From the NCBI RefSeq assembly GCF_963506605.1, contig NC_083279.1, positions 79,360,001-79,424,000 on the forward strand: a stretch of DNA of 64,000 bases, read 5' to 3'. The DNA is from Zootoca vivipara. Its lineage: Eukaryota. Position 1 is the first letter of the stretch. The number at the start of each line of letters is the position of its first letter. A program made the translations under genes and the position numbers. The notes under the pieces are model-generated. The model did no database searches, was not told the DNA's origin, and saw nothing but the letters and a program-made list of their open reading frames with translations. Of the stretch, positions 1-11,900 are shown one piece after another.

Positions 1-2078
1 CCTCCTGTCTCTTTGTAGGAGAAGAAACTAGGGACTGAACTTGGGAGGATAAGCATGTAAATATGTTGTCTGCCAATGATCTCTACCATCCCTTTACACT
101 TAGACAAGATTAGTAACTTGCCTGTACGTAGTAATGGGAAGGAGACTTGTGCTACTGCTGGACAGAACTATACTTGCTTCTTCTGAAAGAATAAATCTCT
201 AACTCTTTTCCACAGGCTGGCCAAGTTTCTTGTCCAAGGCATAAGCTGAGCCAAAATTCTCTTTTATGTTGGGGAGGGGATGACCAAGGGCAGTAGTAGG
301 TTTTGGAAAGTGATTACACTTGTCAATTTCTTCCTGAAATCAGCATTGGCCATAGATGTTTTGCTGCTTTAAACAAGAGTCCAAATGGCACTAGAGACAA
401 GACTTTTAAAAGTCTTGCTGCACCATTCAGACACCAATTCTTGCTGTTGTGTTACCCCCCTCCCCAAACTTCTGTAACCGATTCACATTGCTGTATGGTA
501 GACCCTCACTTCTCTCACTTCTCCCAGAGTACCTGGGATCTGGCAAGCACAATCCCACAGTGTAAAAGGAGCTTGCTTTTTAATAGGGAGAATTTGAAAG
601 GACTGAATTGTCATAGCTTTGTGTATCTAGCTACAGTTGTAGCACAGACAAAAATAGCAGTGCCTAGTTGTTTGCAATAGTTGTCACTTGCCACTGATAC
701 TATCTATTAAGATGGAGCAGAACATGATAATAAAGTTCTGCGCGCTTCTAAATTGGAACCTTTATGAAACCAGCAATGGTTATATAACCATCATGCTACT
801 TCATTAAATGTGGATTAATGTCAATAACATTCTTTTTTGTAGGCTTCCTTCCAAAGTAGAACAGCGAGATTCTTAACAATCTGACACACAGCGGAAGGAA
901 CATAATTGCCTTTTTTCAAATTTAAATGAAGTGCAAATACATTTCCATTTTGGGCTTTTCACTGCTGTGTTTGAGCCAGCCTTTCTTCAAAAGGTTTTGA
1001 AAAACCTACCTGGGGGCATGTGGATTATTCTGAGTTTCAAAACTGTGCTGTGTTTCCTAGGTGCCTTTTGCAAATTTTCAGATTCTTTAATCAAAATCAG
1101 AATATTTAACAGTATATCCCAGGCTACATCTACCGTGTGCATGCATGTGTTTGCTTACCCTACAGCCCAGGTTACACTGGTGAATGCACATGGGTTTGTC
1201 TGAATTGCTCAACAAAACTTCAAGCTGGTTGCCTATTTAGTATTTTATGACCTATGTCAAAGAGTTGCAGTGAGGGTGGAGGAATCATGTCTCACCCAAA
1301 CTGGTTCTGGAAGGAGGTCAGGAGAACCCCCAGAACAGCATGCAAGGGGAGGAGATCCTTCTGGCTTGTATGTAGAAATGCATTGCAAAGCCCAATCTTT
1401 GTACTGGAGTCCCTTTTAGCTGGAAATGCCTGGAAACATCTGCCCTAAAAGCATGTATTGCCCCCACTACACTAGCCTCTGGCCTCTCCCCTTCATAAAT
1501 GCAGCAGGGGACTAATATTTTCAAAACTGTAGTGCTTGTAATATATAGGGGATGGATATGCACCAGAGCCGGGCCAAGTTAAGACATGTTGAGGCTCCAA
1601 ACTATGTCAAGTTTAAGAGGCCCATAAGCAATACAGAAAAGTGTATTAATCTAACAGAAAGGACAATGAAAATAGAAATAATAAAGTTTTATATGTGCAA
1701 ATAAGTGAGGATTCAACTAAAAACTAAATCTAACTGAAACATGTAACAATTAAAGATATTCTTTAGAGGCCTTGAGTAATCTGATGCCCTAAAAACTGTA
1801 GTTTATTTAGTTTATGCATAAATCCAGCACTAATTGGAGTTCTACCTTAACTACCCCTAGAATCCAGCAAAAATGGAGCTTTAGGGTCAGGTGTTCTAAC
1901 AGGTGTATACATCATTCAAGTTCATATTTGGTGTTTTGCATCTCCCTGTGTGGACAGATTCAACAGAAGAGTGCTGTACTTGAAATAATCCGCATATCAT
2001 CTCTGCAGAGTTTGATCTGTGTTGGCTGATTCAGACATGCAAGTCAGTGCTGTGGTGGTCAACTGCTGAACATGTGGG

Positions 2079-2221
2079 AAGGGGTGTGGCTCAGACCTAG
2101 AGCAATCAGTTTTGCATGCAGAAGGTCCTAGTTTCCCTCTCTGACATCTTCAGGTAGAGCTGTAAGGAATCAATACTGAGTTGGATGGGCCAGTATAATG
2201 CAGGTATAATGCAGCTTCCAA
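2079..2221 (+). mobile_element. Degenerate tRNA-derived squamate SINE with CR1-like tail (Squam2-like)
   Basis: gctcag..tagagc..ttgcatgcagaaggtcc head and caatactgag..gatgggcca..gcagcttcc tail; same family as 8640, 30097 and 37740. Confidence 0.6.
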
Positions 2222-3818
2222 TCCAAAAGCAGAGGAGATGACAGAGTGAATGCTCAATATTAACTTACAATGGTGACCAAGGATGCCATATCCACATCAC
2301 CGCCAGCAGGGTTCATTGATGATTTACAGGTGACATCATAATTGCATCCCTGCTAGGTGAGCTTATCTGTTCTTAGTACTATAGAGGAAGTACTGTGGGA
2401 GGAAGAAGTGTGTAGGATCTGGGAAGAAAGGATATAAAGGAGGTAGACAGAGAAAGCAAGGAAGGATGGAACTGAATGGCCTGAGGTGTAACAGCCCATG
2501 GATTTTCCCCAGGTATGACATGTTATTTTATAAGAATTAAAAAGGGAGTGGTGAATTTAATAGAATGCTAAACATAACATACTTCAAGCCATAAGCTTTC
2601 TTTCAGTTCATAAGCCTGAACTGAACCTGCAGTTGACACGCCTCATTTGAAAGCCGAACTACATTTTCCGGCAATAAAGTGGTCTGACTTTGCTCTATCA
2701 AGCCTGCTTTCTGAAGTGGAAAATATCAACAAGCCCTCAAGCTCAGTAATTTAGTGGAACTCCTTGAAGTGCTTACATTGTGCAGCCGGTGTGGTATGGT
2801 TGTGTGGAGTTATTGCATTGGGGAAAGAGATTCATTGCCCTTGCTCTCACATTTCCTCAGTTAGGCTTGGGAAGCTGAGAAACGGCATCTGTGTGATGAC
2901 TTCTTCATGGTGCTGCTATAATGTGTATGGGTGGAACTGACTTTGCTAGGTAGAGTTTCTATGCCAGAGTTTCCATGACATTCTCTTTTGGCTGGCAGCA
3001 ACAGCTACTGGCATGGAAACTTTTCCTTTTAAAGAGCAAGATCAACCATGGGATCAAATGCAGTGTGCTGCATAGTCATCACCTGGAGAATCTACCTAGT
3101 CTCTCCATGTGATAAGAAATAACACACCCATATGAAAGTTTCCATGTGGAGGAGCAGTTTCCCAGTACTACATTCTGGAGGTGTCCTGTGAAACAAGAGC
3201 AGAAGCATTGGACAATCAAGGTGTCTCCTACCCACCCTTTTTCAATTTCTGCAGCAGAAGTGAGTAGAGGATTGCCTCCACTCAGTCCAACACACAACCC
3301 CATAGCCCAGCATGACCAGGGGGTTGGATTGCAATCTGAAGCAGCTTCCATCCTAAACCCCAGCCAGAAGCCGTATTGAAATGGACATAAGTAATCTGGT
3401 TCATTCAAGAGTACTTTGAGCTGATTATACTACTTTAGCTTTGAAAGAAAGCTTCCTTCTTTCATGTGAGCTTCCCTAGAAATAATCAGTAGGGATTGAT
3501 GTGGTGAGGCATCACTGTGGAGCCACCCTCCCAATGTCAGTGTCACCACTGCTCACCTAGATAGCATGTGGGCGAGGCAGGGCAGTGGCAAGGTCAGGGC
3601 CGCGCTTCCGCTAATATGTCCATGCAGCCCCACCTCAGCGCCACCAAAGTAAGGTGCAGTGAAGCCAGTGTGGGGAGGACAGCTCCATGGCGTTGTTCCA
3701 CCATACCAGCTGCTACTGGAAATGCTTATTGAAGGCAATGAATTGATCTCTACCTTCCATTAAGCCATTTTGTAGTTTTTTTAAAAAAATATGTTCAATT
3801 ACCTTGAATTAATGTAAA

Positions 3819-4151
3819 TTAAACCACTGAGCCTCTTGGGCTTGCCGATCAGAAGGTCGGCGGTTTGATTCCCCACGACGGGGTGAGCTTCCATTGCTCG
3901 GCCCCAGCTCCTACCAACCTAGTAGTTCGAAAGCACACCCAAAAGTGCAAGTAGAAACGGCGTTTCCGTGCGCTGCTCTGGTTTTGGTGTTCCATTGCAC
4001 CAGAAACGGCTTAGTCATGCTGGCCACATGACCTGGAAAAACTGTCTGCGGACAAACGAAGGCTCCCTGGCCTGTAAAGCGAGATGAGCGCCGCAACCCC
4101 AGAGTCTTCTGCGACTGGACTTAACTGTCAGGGGTCCTTTACCTTTACCTT
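3819..4151 (+). mobile_element. Sauria SINE, 5'-truncated
   Basis: aaaccactgagcc..gatcagaaggtcggcggtt head, central gtcatgctggccacatgacc, (ACCTTT)n tail. Confidence 0.92.
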
Positions 4152-4898
4152 GAAATTACATACTTTATTAAACTTTTCATTGACAAACAAAGTGTATTTT
4201 TTGCAAAGGATAAACAGGCCTAAGAAACTTGTGAGAGGCACAAGGTTTTTGATATAGAGGGATTGGCGTACGGCATTTGGCATCTGAAGGTATGGGTGAC
4301 AGTGATTGAAATGAGTGTGTATAGATAAGATCTACCAAGATGAGGAGTATTTCTCTCACTAGAAGAATTCCAGAAAGAAAAAGAAAGCAAGCCATGAAGG
4401 TCATTCCGCATTTGAAGTACAAAGTGGGAAGTGCTGTCCTTTGTGGGATGAAAGGGGCCCACTAGATTCTTCCTCAGAGCGCTGGCGCATTAATTCCTCT
4501 GTTCCCATGTTTGATCTTTTCCTGTGCCTGTTTTAGCGGTGAGGATCTTAAAAAACAAATTTTCTATTCACAACACCCAGTATGCCACTATTCAATAAAG
4601 CCCTTTACTGAAATAAGCAGTAGGCAGGAATGAATTGATTATGTCAAGTATGCTATAGAATAATATAATAGGCTCTTCTGTACTAAAATTATCTGAATTC
4701 TCACTAGGGGCAAAGACTTCGTTAGCCTGTTCCCTTAAAAAAAAAATTCCTCAGAGCAAAGGGCATGATGAGTGTTTCTTTCATCACTCCTTCTGCACCT
4801 ATCTTGTGTGGTGTGGGTGGAAGCTTTCTCAAAAGGGATAACTTTCAGGTTGTGTTCTGCTGTGGAGGAATTGTGTATGGAAGATCTACAGCGTCTTG

Positions 4899-5286
4899 GT
4901 CGCCAAAGAATTGATGCTTTTGAATTATGGTGCTGGAGGAGACTCTTGAGAGTCCCATGGACTGCAAGAAGATCAAACCTATCCATTCTGAAGGAAATCA
5001 GCCCTGAGTGCTCACTGGAAGGACAGATCCTGAAGCTGAGGCTCCAATACTTTGGCCACCTCATGAGAAGAGAAGACTCCCTGGAGAGACCCTGATATTG
5101 GGAAAGATTGAGGGCACAAGGAGAAGGGGACGACAGAGGACGAGATGGTTAGACAGTGCTCTCGAAGCCACCAACATGAGTCTGACCAAACTGCGGGAGG
5201 CAGTGGAAAACAGGAGTGTCTGGTGTGCTCTGGTCCATGGGGTCATGAAGAGTCGGACACGACTAAACAACTGAACAACAACAACA
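4899..5286 (+). mobile_element. Bov-B (RTE clade) LINE 3' fragment
   Basis: Encodes RIDAFELWCWRRLLRVPWTARRSN.SILKEI...LQYFGHLMRREDSLE, then a frameshift to LILGKIEG.RRRGRQR.RWLD; (CAA)n tail. Confidence 0.95.
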
Positions 5287-5410
5287 TTTTGGCACCTGGT
5301 TAAACTCTTTTTATTTGTCCAGGCAATTCAAATTATTGTATTTTTTACTTATTTTTACTGGTTTTATTCCTACCATTAGACAGAGTGAGTCAAGTGTCCC
5401 TATTTTCCTG

Positions 5411-5761
5411 GTAAAGGTAAAGGGAGCCCTGACCATTAGGTCCAGTCGTGACCGACTCTGGGGTTGCGCGCTCATCTCGCATTATTGGCCGAGGGAGCCG
5501 GCGTATAGCTTCCAGGACATGTGGCCAGCATGACAAAGCCGCTTCTGGCAAACCAGAGCAGCACATGGAAACGCCGTTTACCTTCCCGCTGTAGCGGTTC
5601 CTATTTATCTACTTGCATTTCACCGTGCTTTCGAACTGCTAGGTTGGCAGGAGCTGGGACCAAGCAACGGGAGCTCACCCCGTCACAGGGATTCGAACCG
5701 CCGACCTTCTGATCAGCAAGCCCTAGGCTCAGTGGTTTAACCACAGCGCCACCTGGGTCCC
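5411..5761 (-). mobile_element. Sauria SINE, full length
   Basis: Reverse-complement head gggacccaggtggcgctgtgg and (ACCTTT) tail; TSD-like attttcc[t/a]ggta at 5402-5413 and 5762-5773. Confidence 0.95.
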
Positions 5762-6588
5762 ATTTTCCAGGTACAGTCCCGGAATTACAAAATCTATCCC
5801 AGCTTTTGATTTGATCCCGGAGTGTCAGGTCGTAATTTGCAGAGGAGAAGCAACTGCAGGGATTACTATTCCTTCCCCAGCTTACTACCCTACAATCCCC
5901 TCCACCAAAATCCTGCCCTCATTACTTCCCCTCGAGGCATGTGCATTCATTGCCAAGCCAGAGGAATCTCAGGGAATAGATTTTTTTCCTGCTTTGTTCA
6001 TGGGCAATTGGGTAGCAGGAAGCTGGGATTTATTTTTCAGAAGGGAGTGCTATGCGTTAACATTATTTTATGGGTGTGTTTATGTTTTGTGTTTGTTTTA
6101 AATACAACGGTTCATCAACCTTTTGAGGAACATGTGGATTTCTAAGATACAGTCACGGGCACTACAAAATATCAATTTTATGGATATAAAATTTCTAAAA
6201 TTCCCAGTGTACCGTATGAATAACACTGACGCAAAAATGCTTCTGAGGGCAATGCTCTTTCCAAATATAGTGCATTATTTAGCCTTGGGGTTGGTATATT
6301 TACTTTCTAGCTGATACTCATACGGTCAATTCTACACAGGGAGGGGAATTCTGTACCAGAATGTGACTTAATCACAAATTATGTACCATGTACACGATAC
6401 TGTATGTAATGTTTGCTGATAAAGATAAAGTTAACTTTGGCCCCAATACATTGCTTTAGCAGCTACCCACTCAGCTTATATTTTAAAGCAACCCACACAG
6501 GAAAATGAAACGCTTTGTCTTACAAAACAGTTGTTTCGAATTATTTTCTGTAGCAGTTTAGAATTTGTTCTGCAGGGTGGGACTCCAA

Positions 6589-6797
6589 AGATCCACTGGA
6601 TACATTTGAGACACATCCAATGCACATTTAAAACACAGGACTTACCCTCCAAAGTATTCTGGGAACTGGAGTTTGTTAAAGGTGCTGGGATTGTAGCGTT
6701 GTGAGGGGAAAAAACAGCTCCTGTGATTCTTTGGGGAAAGTCATAGAACCATATTTAAATGTGTGTTGGATGTGCTTTAAATGGATGGTGTGGTTCT
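6589..6797. mobile_element. Palindromic MITE (related copies at about 25160-25320, 30990-31075, 35500-35640, 49147-49310)
   Basis: Long imperfect terminal inverted repeats (ccac..tacattt..acacatccaa..cacatttaaa / tttaaatgtg..ttggatgtg..aaatg.atggtgtgg) with internal gggaactg.agttt motifs repeated elsewhere in the window. Confidence 0.7.
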
Positions 6798-6870
6798 GCC
6801 CTAAGGAAACAAAGTTTTTCTTTTTGTGCTGTGTGAAGTGGCTTTCTACTCAGTTTTGCTCTGTTGGTGA

Positions 6871-7231
6871 GTAAAGGTAAAGGGGCCCCTGACCATCAGG
6901 TCCAGTCGTGTCCGACTCTGGGGTTGCGGCGCTCATCTCGCTCTATAGGCCGAGGGAGCCGGCGTTTGTCCGCAGACAGCTTCCGGGTCATGTGGCCAGC
7001 ATGACAAAGCTGCTTCTGGCGAACCAGAGCAGCGCACGGAAACGCCGTTTACCTTCCCGCCGGAGCGGTCTCTATTTATCTACTTGCACTTTGATGTGCT
7101 TTCGAACTGCTAGGTGGGCAGGAGCTGGGACCGAGCAACGGGAGCTCACCCCATTGCAGGGATTCGAACCGCCAACCTTCTGATCGGCAAGCCCTAGGCT
7201 CAGTGGTTTAACCCACAGCGCCACCTGGGTC
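6871..7231 (-). mobile_element. Sauria SINE, full length
   Basis: Highly similar to 5411-5761; tgagta occurs at both flanks. Confidence 0.95.
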
Positions 7232-8639
7232 TACCTGAGTACAGATAGATAAATATGTGGCAACGTCTGGAGATTATTTATACCACTCTATGAGGATCAG
7301 GCCCTGCCTCCATCTGAACTGACTTCATTTCCATAAATGTACATTTCAACAGATCTAGAGCAAACAAGGTTATCTCGCACTAATAATTCTTCCAGTGGGG
7401 AAAGTCATCCTAGCAAAGTGCCCCAGGCTTCCTATAAATTATATTTTACTCAGTCTGCAGGTTAGACGGTTCCTTTCATGCAAACATCAAGAGATATTTG
7501 TAAAACAAGTCTGAAGCTTCCTACTAATGAAATATGGTGCTTAAGAAAGCAGGACTGTTTAATGAGTTTGTTTTTGTAAGATATATGCTGCCTTTTAGAT
7601 CAGGGTAGTGAGAATAAAATAACTCGCATGAAGATCTGGAGATTCGCAGTATTTTTTAAAAACGTATAACAAAATAGAAAATTTGAAAGAAACAGAAGAA
7701 TTAGAGAAAATATAGCATATTCTTGAAATTGTTGCTCAGACTAAAAGTTGCTACTACCGCCATAGCTGGGAGAGCAGCAAAGCAGCAGTGCCCCATCTTA
7801 CAAATACCACAATTGCTGTAAATTTATGTAAGTTTTCAAACCAATTTAATTTTCCAAAAAATTGTGGGGATTTTAGTTTGCCCACTGCAATACAGCTTCC
7901 TGCCCAACAGGGTAGTGCTGCAGCAGTGGGAACTCCTGCCTGCACTTAAGCACAGGAACTTAAAGATGCCACAGTCTCTAGGATGGTAGAGCAGTGAGGA
8001 GATCACTGACTGTACTGTATACAGTTTCCAGAAGCACATTGACTTCCTGTTACTTGGGTATACGTACGGTGTGTTGCATGTATGGCTTGGGCATCTGATT
8101 GGTGGCCTGCGTACTAACAAATTCTGACGAATGGCAGCTTCTAAAAACATCAGGGATTAAATAGCGTGCACGAGCCATTCACACTGAACTCATGTTGTCT
8201 GAACTCGCCTTTAGTCATTTAAAGGTGATAAAAGAACTGCATAAGCAAACAGTGTAATCGGGTACCCCTCAGAAGGAAATAATAAAATGGAAAGTAAACA
8301 GGGAAGTACCACGGAGCAAACTATAACATGAGTGAATATGTGTTCAGTACATTTCTATGATGAGCAGCGGGTGTGAACTGTGTTTCACTATGTTGGCTTT
8401 AGGCTAGATTGTATACTCCTCCTTTGCTTATGTTATACAATATTACACAATACACATTTATCACACTAATTAATAATAGGTAGCCTTCCCTTAAATAAAT
8501 ATCCACAATTTACTCATATCATGTGTTCCCTGCAGAAGAGCCCTGTGTAACTCAGAAGCTTGCAGAATTTCACAAACAGCGTGTCTTAGGTTAGCCTCAC
8601 AGTTTACTCTTTTTCTGGGGCCAGTGTGGCATAGCCTCT

Positions 8640-8763
8640 ACAGAAAGGGCTGAGAGACGCCCATGACTGAAAGTCTGAAGAGCCACTGCCAGGTAAGATA
8701 AACAATACAGGGACTAGGTGGACCAATATTTCAATTCTGTATAAGGCAGCTTCCTATGTTCCT
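8640..8763 (+). mobile_element. 3' half of Squam2-like SINE
   Basis: gagccactgccag..acaatac..ctag.tggaccaat..tataaggcagcttcctatgttcct. Confidence 0.65.
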
Positions 8764-8780
8764 TCTACCTTCTTTGATTG

Positions 8781-8811
8781 CACACACACACACACACACA
8801 GACACACACAC
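8781..8811. repeat. (CA)n microsatellite
   Basis: Direct reading, one interruption. Confidence 0.95.
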
Positions 8812-8869
8812 TGCAGAGTGGTCCTCCGTTAGGGAACACTTAGCAGCAGAGCCCTGTTGCACTCATTTC

Positions 8870-8970
8870 TTGCTTTTGGGCTTCCCATAGGCATCTGGTT
8901 GGCCATTGTGGAAGCAGAATGCTGGACTAAAATAAGGCTTTGGTCTGATCCCTCCGGGCTCTTATGTTCA
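8870..8970 (+). mobile_element. CR1-type LINE 3' end (similar pieces at 11395-11480, 14250-14420; reverse at 32005-32180, 36925-37060, 49318-49390)
   Basis: ggcatctggttggccattgtg..gaatgctggacta..ggtctgatcc..gctcttatgttc recurs several times. Confidence 0.6.
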
Positions 8971-11900
8971 TATCAAGAAGCAATCTTCTAACAATTAGTT
9001 CCCATTGAGAGATAGCACCTGAATATCTCAGGCTATTAACATTCCATTGCCAAGTCCAATATTATGGCCAGGCATTACCTTAAGGCAAACCCACAGTGGT
9101 AGTTCTATTAACAGAAATCTGATAACATAATAATATCCAGAGGCTGAGCCACGTTAGACTGTTGCACTAAAAACAATAAAGAGTCTTTTGACTCCTTAAA
9201 GGCTGAATTTTCTGGCAGAAACTTCCCTAGACGACACAGCCAATCAGATCCACAATCAATCAGAAATACTGTATGTAAATGGTGGCAAGCAGCAGCAGGA
9301 GTGGTAAGCAGTGAGATCAGGGAAAAATGAAATGCAAGAATTACAGACAGTGACAATTGAACCAGAGGTAGAATGCATGCAAAACACAGAAAGTGACCCC
9401 TTAAGAAAGTGTGATTGCTTTGCTGATTCAGTTAACATTTATAGTGGAAAACCTGCTTCTCTGTTCAGGCCAAGATGAATAGTTTAACTTCTTGATTGAT
9501 TGTAATTTTGCAGTCTCGCCCTGAAGCGTCCCTTTGAAATTCTTTTCCTCGAGTATGGCCACTTCATGTTCAGCAGCAGAGTGCCTAGGTAGATTGAAAA
9601 ATGTTGTTCTACTGGCTTATGAATATTGCCATTTTCATGTCAAATTTGGATTCATTGGTTCTTTAGAGTGTAGATTGGTCTTTTCCCCCTGTATACAACA
9701 CAGAAGGACATTGCTGAAAGATGATGATATACATTACACTTAAATACAGGAGTATATTTGCCTGCTTAATATATTGGGCATTCATATACTGGTATGTTGT
9801 CGGTTTTTTGTTTGGTCATTTCAGCACCAGTTAAAGTTTTACAATAGTTCAGGCTTTTGTTGGATATCAGTCCCATAAATGAGTCCATGTGTGGCTCCAA
9901 ACTATTTTTATAGATGGTAATTTTGAGGATTTGTCATGGGTTTTTTGTTGTTGTTCTTTTGATAGTATTGGAACTATTCAGATTTTAATTGCTTCTGCCC
10001 CTCTCTGGGTTCTTAGGATAAAGAGTGAGCTAAAATATAGTACAGTAGTACGAAGCTAAGTTGCAACCTGGCAGGCAGGGACCATCTTCTTGTTATGATC
10101 TTAATGTATGTTGCTGTGGGAGCCTTTTTGGCTGGACAGTGAAAACCCTTCAAATATGTAAATTAAATAGATACAGTAATGCAAACTATTTGTCTACTAG
10201 AATTATCTATTTTGACTGGCAATAGGTTGTCTCCATGGCTCAGGGGTTTGACATCACTTATTGCTTGATATTTAACTAGAAATGTCAAGGATTAAACCAG
10301 GGACCCTCTGCATATTGTCCTGTTTCATGTGACACTGAAGCCAGCTGTCCCAGAGCCAATCAGAAAGGCCAGGCCAGGCCATGGTCCAAAGTCAAATTCC
10401 AGGGGAACACAAAAAAGGCAGGTTTCAGGAGAAATCAGTGGTCAATGCAACTTTCCTACTTTTGATTAGGTATCTTTTTAGTGTTCACTGTGAGTCTTCA
10501 CATTAATTGTGCTTTTCATTTAGCCTTCTTTCACTTTCTCAAAAATATTTCTTTGAATGAATATTTACTTCTGCAGCAGCTTTTGTGCCCTGAAAAGCCT
10601 GATCAAAGTGCATGCATGCTGTCTGTTTGGAGAGAAAAATGTCTCTGCAATTCTCTTTGTCTGCAGTTATTTTGGTATGCTTGATGGGGCATCAACACCC
10701 ACACAACATCTCAGCAAAACGTGTATCATGTGCAGAGCTATTAGCCATGTATTAGTGCTTACCCATCCGCCTTCCACTGCTCCTGGCATGACTTTCCAGA
10801 TGGTCAGGCTACTAATGTGCTGCATGTACATAGCTAGAATGCTCTGCTGACAAGCAAGGAGGGCATACAAGATTAATATTGTTGGCTGCCTTCCACGGCT
10901 GTGCCAAGCAGGGCTGAGCTCAAGGGAGGAATCTCAATGGCTGTAATCAGGAGGTCCAAACTATTGACACTCTGGTTTTGCTCAAGAGTGTACATTCTTT
11001 AAAGATGCAAGAGGCATAAATCGAGTTCAACTACCGGTATCCATTCTAGCCAGGCAACAACACTTGGGGTGAGAAGCAGCAATAGTGAGGGGTGAGGCTT
11101 GGGGAGAGTTTTGAGGACCGGCAGAGATCCTCACATCTGAAGTTCCCCACCCCTACTGGATGAACTTGTCTTTAGAGAAATGAAGCCTTTAACAGTGCAT
11201 TCCTATCAATGTTTTCTCATAAATGTTACAGTGTGCAATGGGGTTTGCTCACTACTAGACTGCAGTCTTGTGAATCGTATCTCAGCTTTCTTCATGTTAC
11301 ATTCCAAAGCCATTTCTTGTATTGATTCATTGATTTTTACAATAATTTCTATACTGCTTTTCAATAGGAGAGATTGATCTGTCACTCGAATCCTGCAGGC
11401 ATCTGGTTGGCCACTGTGAGAAGAGGGAGCTGGACTAGGTGGGCCATTGGCCTGATCCATCAGGTCCCTCTTACGTTCTTAATTCAAATTCACAAAGTGC
11501 AGCATACAATAGACGCCTAATCAGCAAAGAGTAGAGTTTCCATTCCCTTTTTGCACATTGACCTTCAAGACAAATCCATCCTTCAAGGTTGAGCAAGAAG
11601 AGTAATTTAAACCGATACTTTAGGAGTTCCTCAAAAGTTTATGTGTCTATGACACTTGCATAGCCTGAGGCTGTTGTACCACTCATAAAAGTACACCACG
11701 TAGGCAGCTGAAGAATCCACAGAACAGATCTCTGATGGACTAAGTTGGCTTTTGAATTCCCAAGATGAGGGCTCTCCACAGAGAATGCCATGTCCCCAGC
11801 TGACTACGTTGCTATCAAATACGTATTTGCGAAACATGGAATGTGAATTATGCAAAGTACTTCTGCTACTTCAATGCTATGGTCATATCAATATATCTTC

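Noticed and set aside
830-890. Acceptor-like ttcttttttgtag followed by a short frame
   Set aside because: No recognisable protein similarity; cannot be supported as a terminal exon.
4735-7183. ORFs of 60-110 aa overlapping SINEs and Bov-B
   Set aside because: Repeat-derived; only the Bov-B peptide is meaningful, and it is frameshifted.
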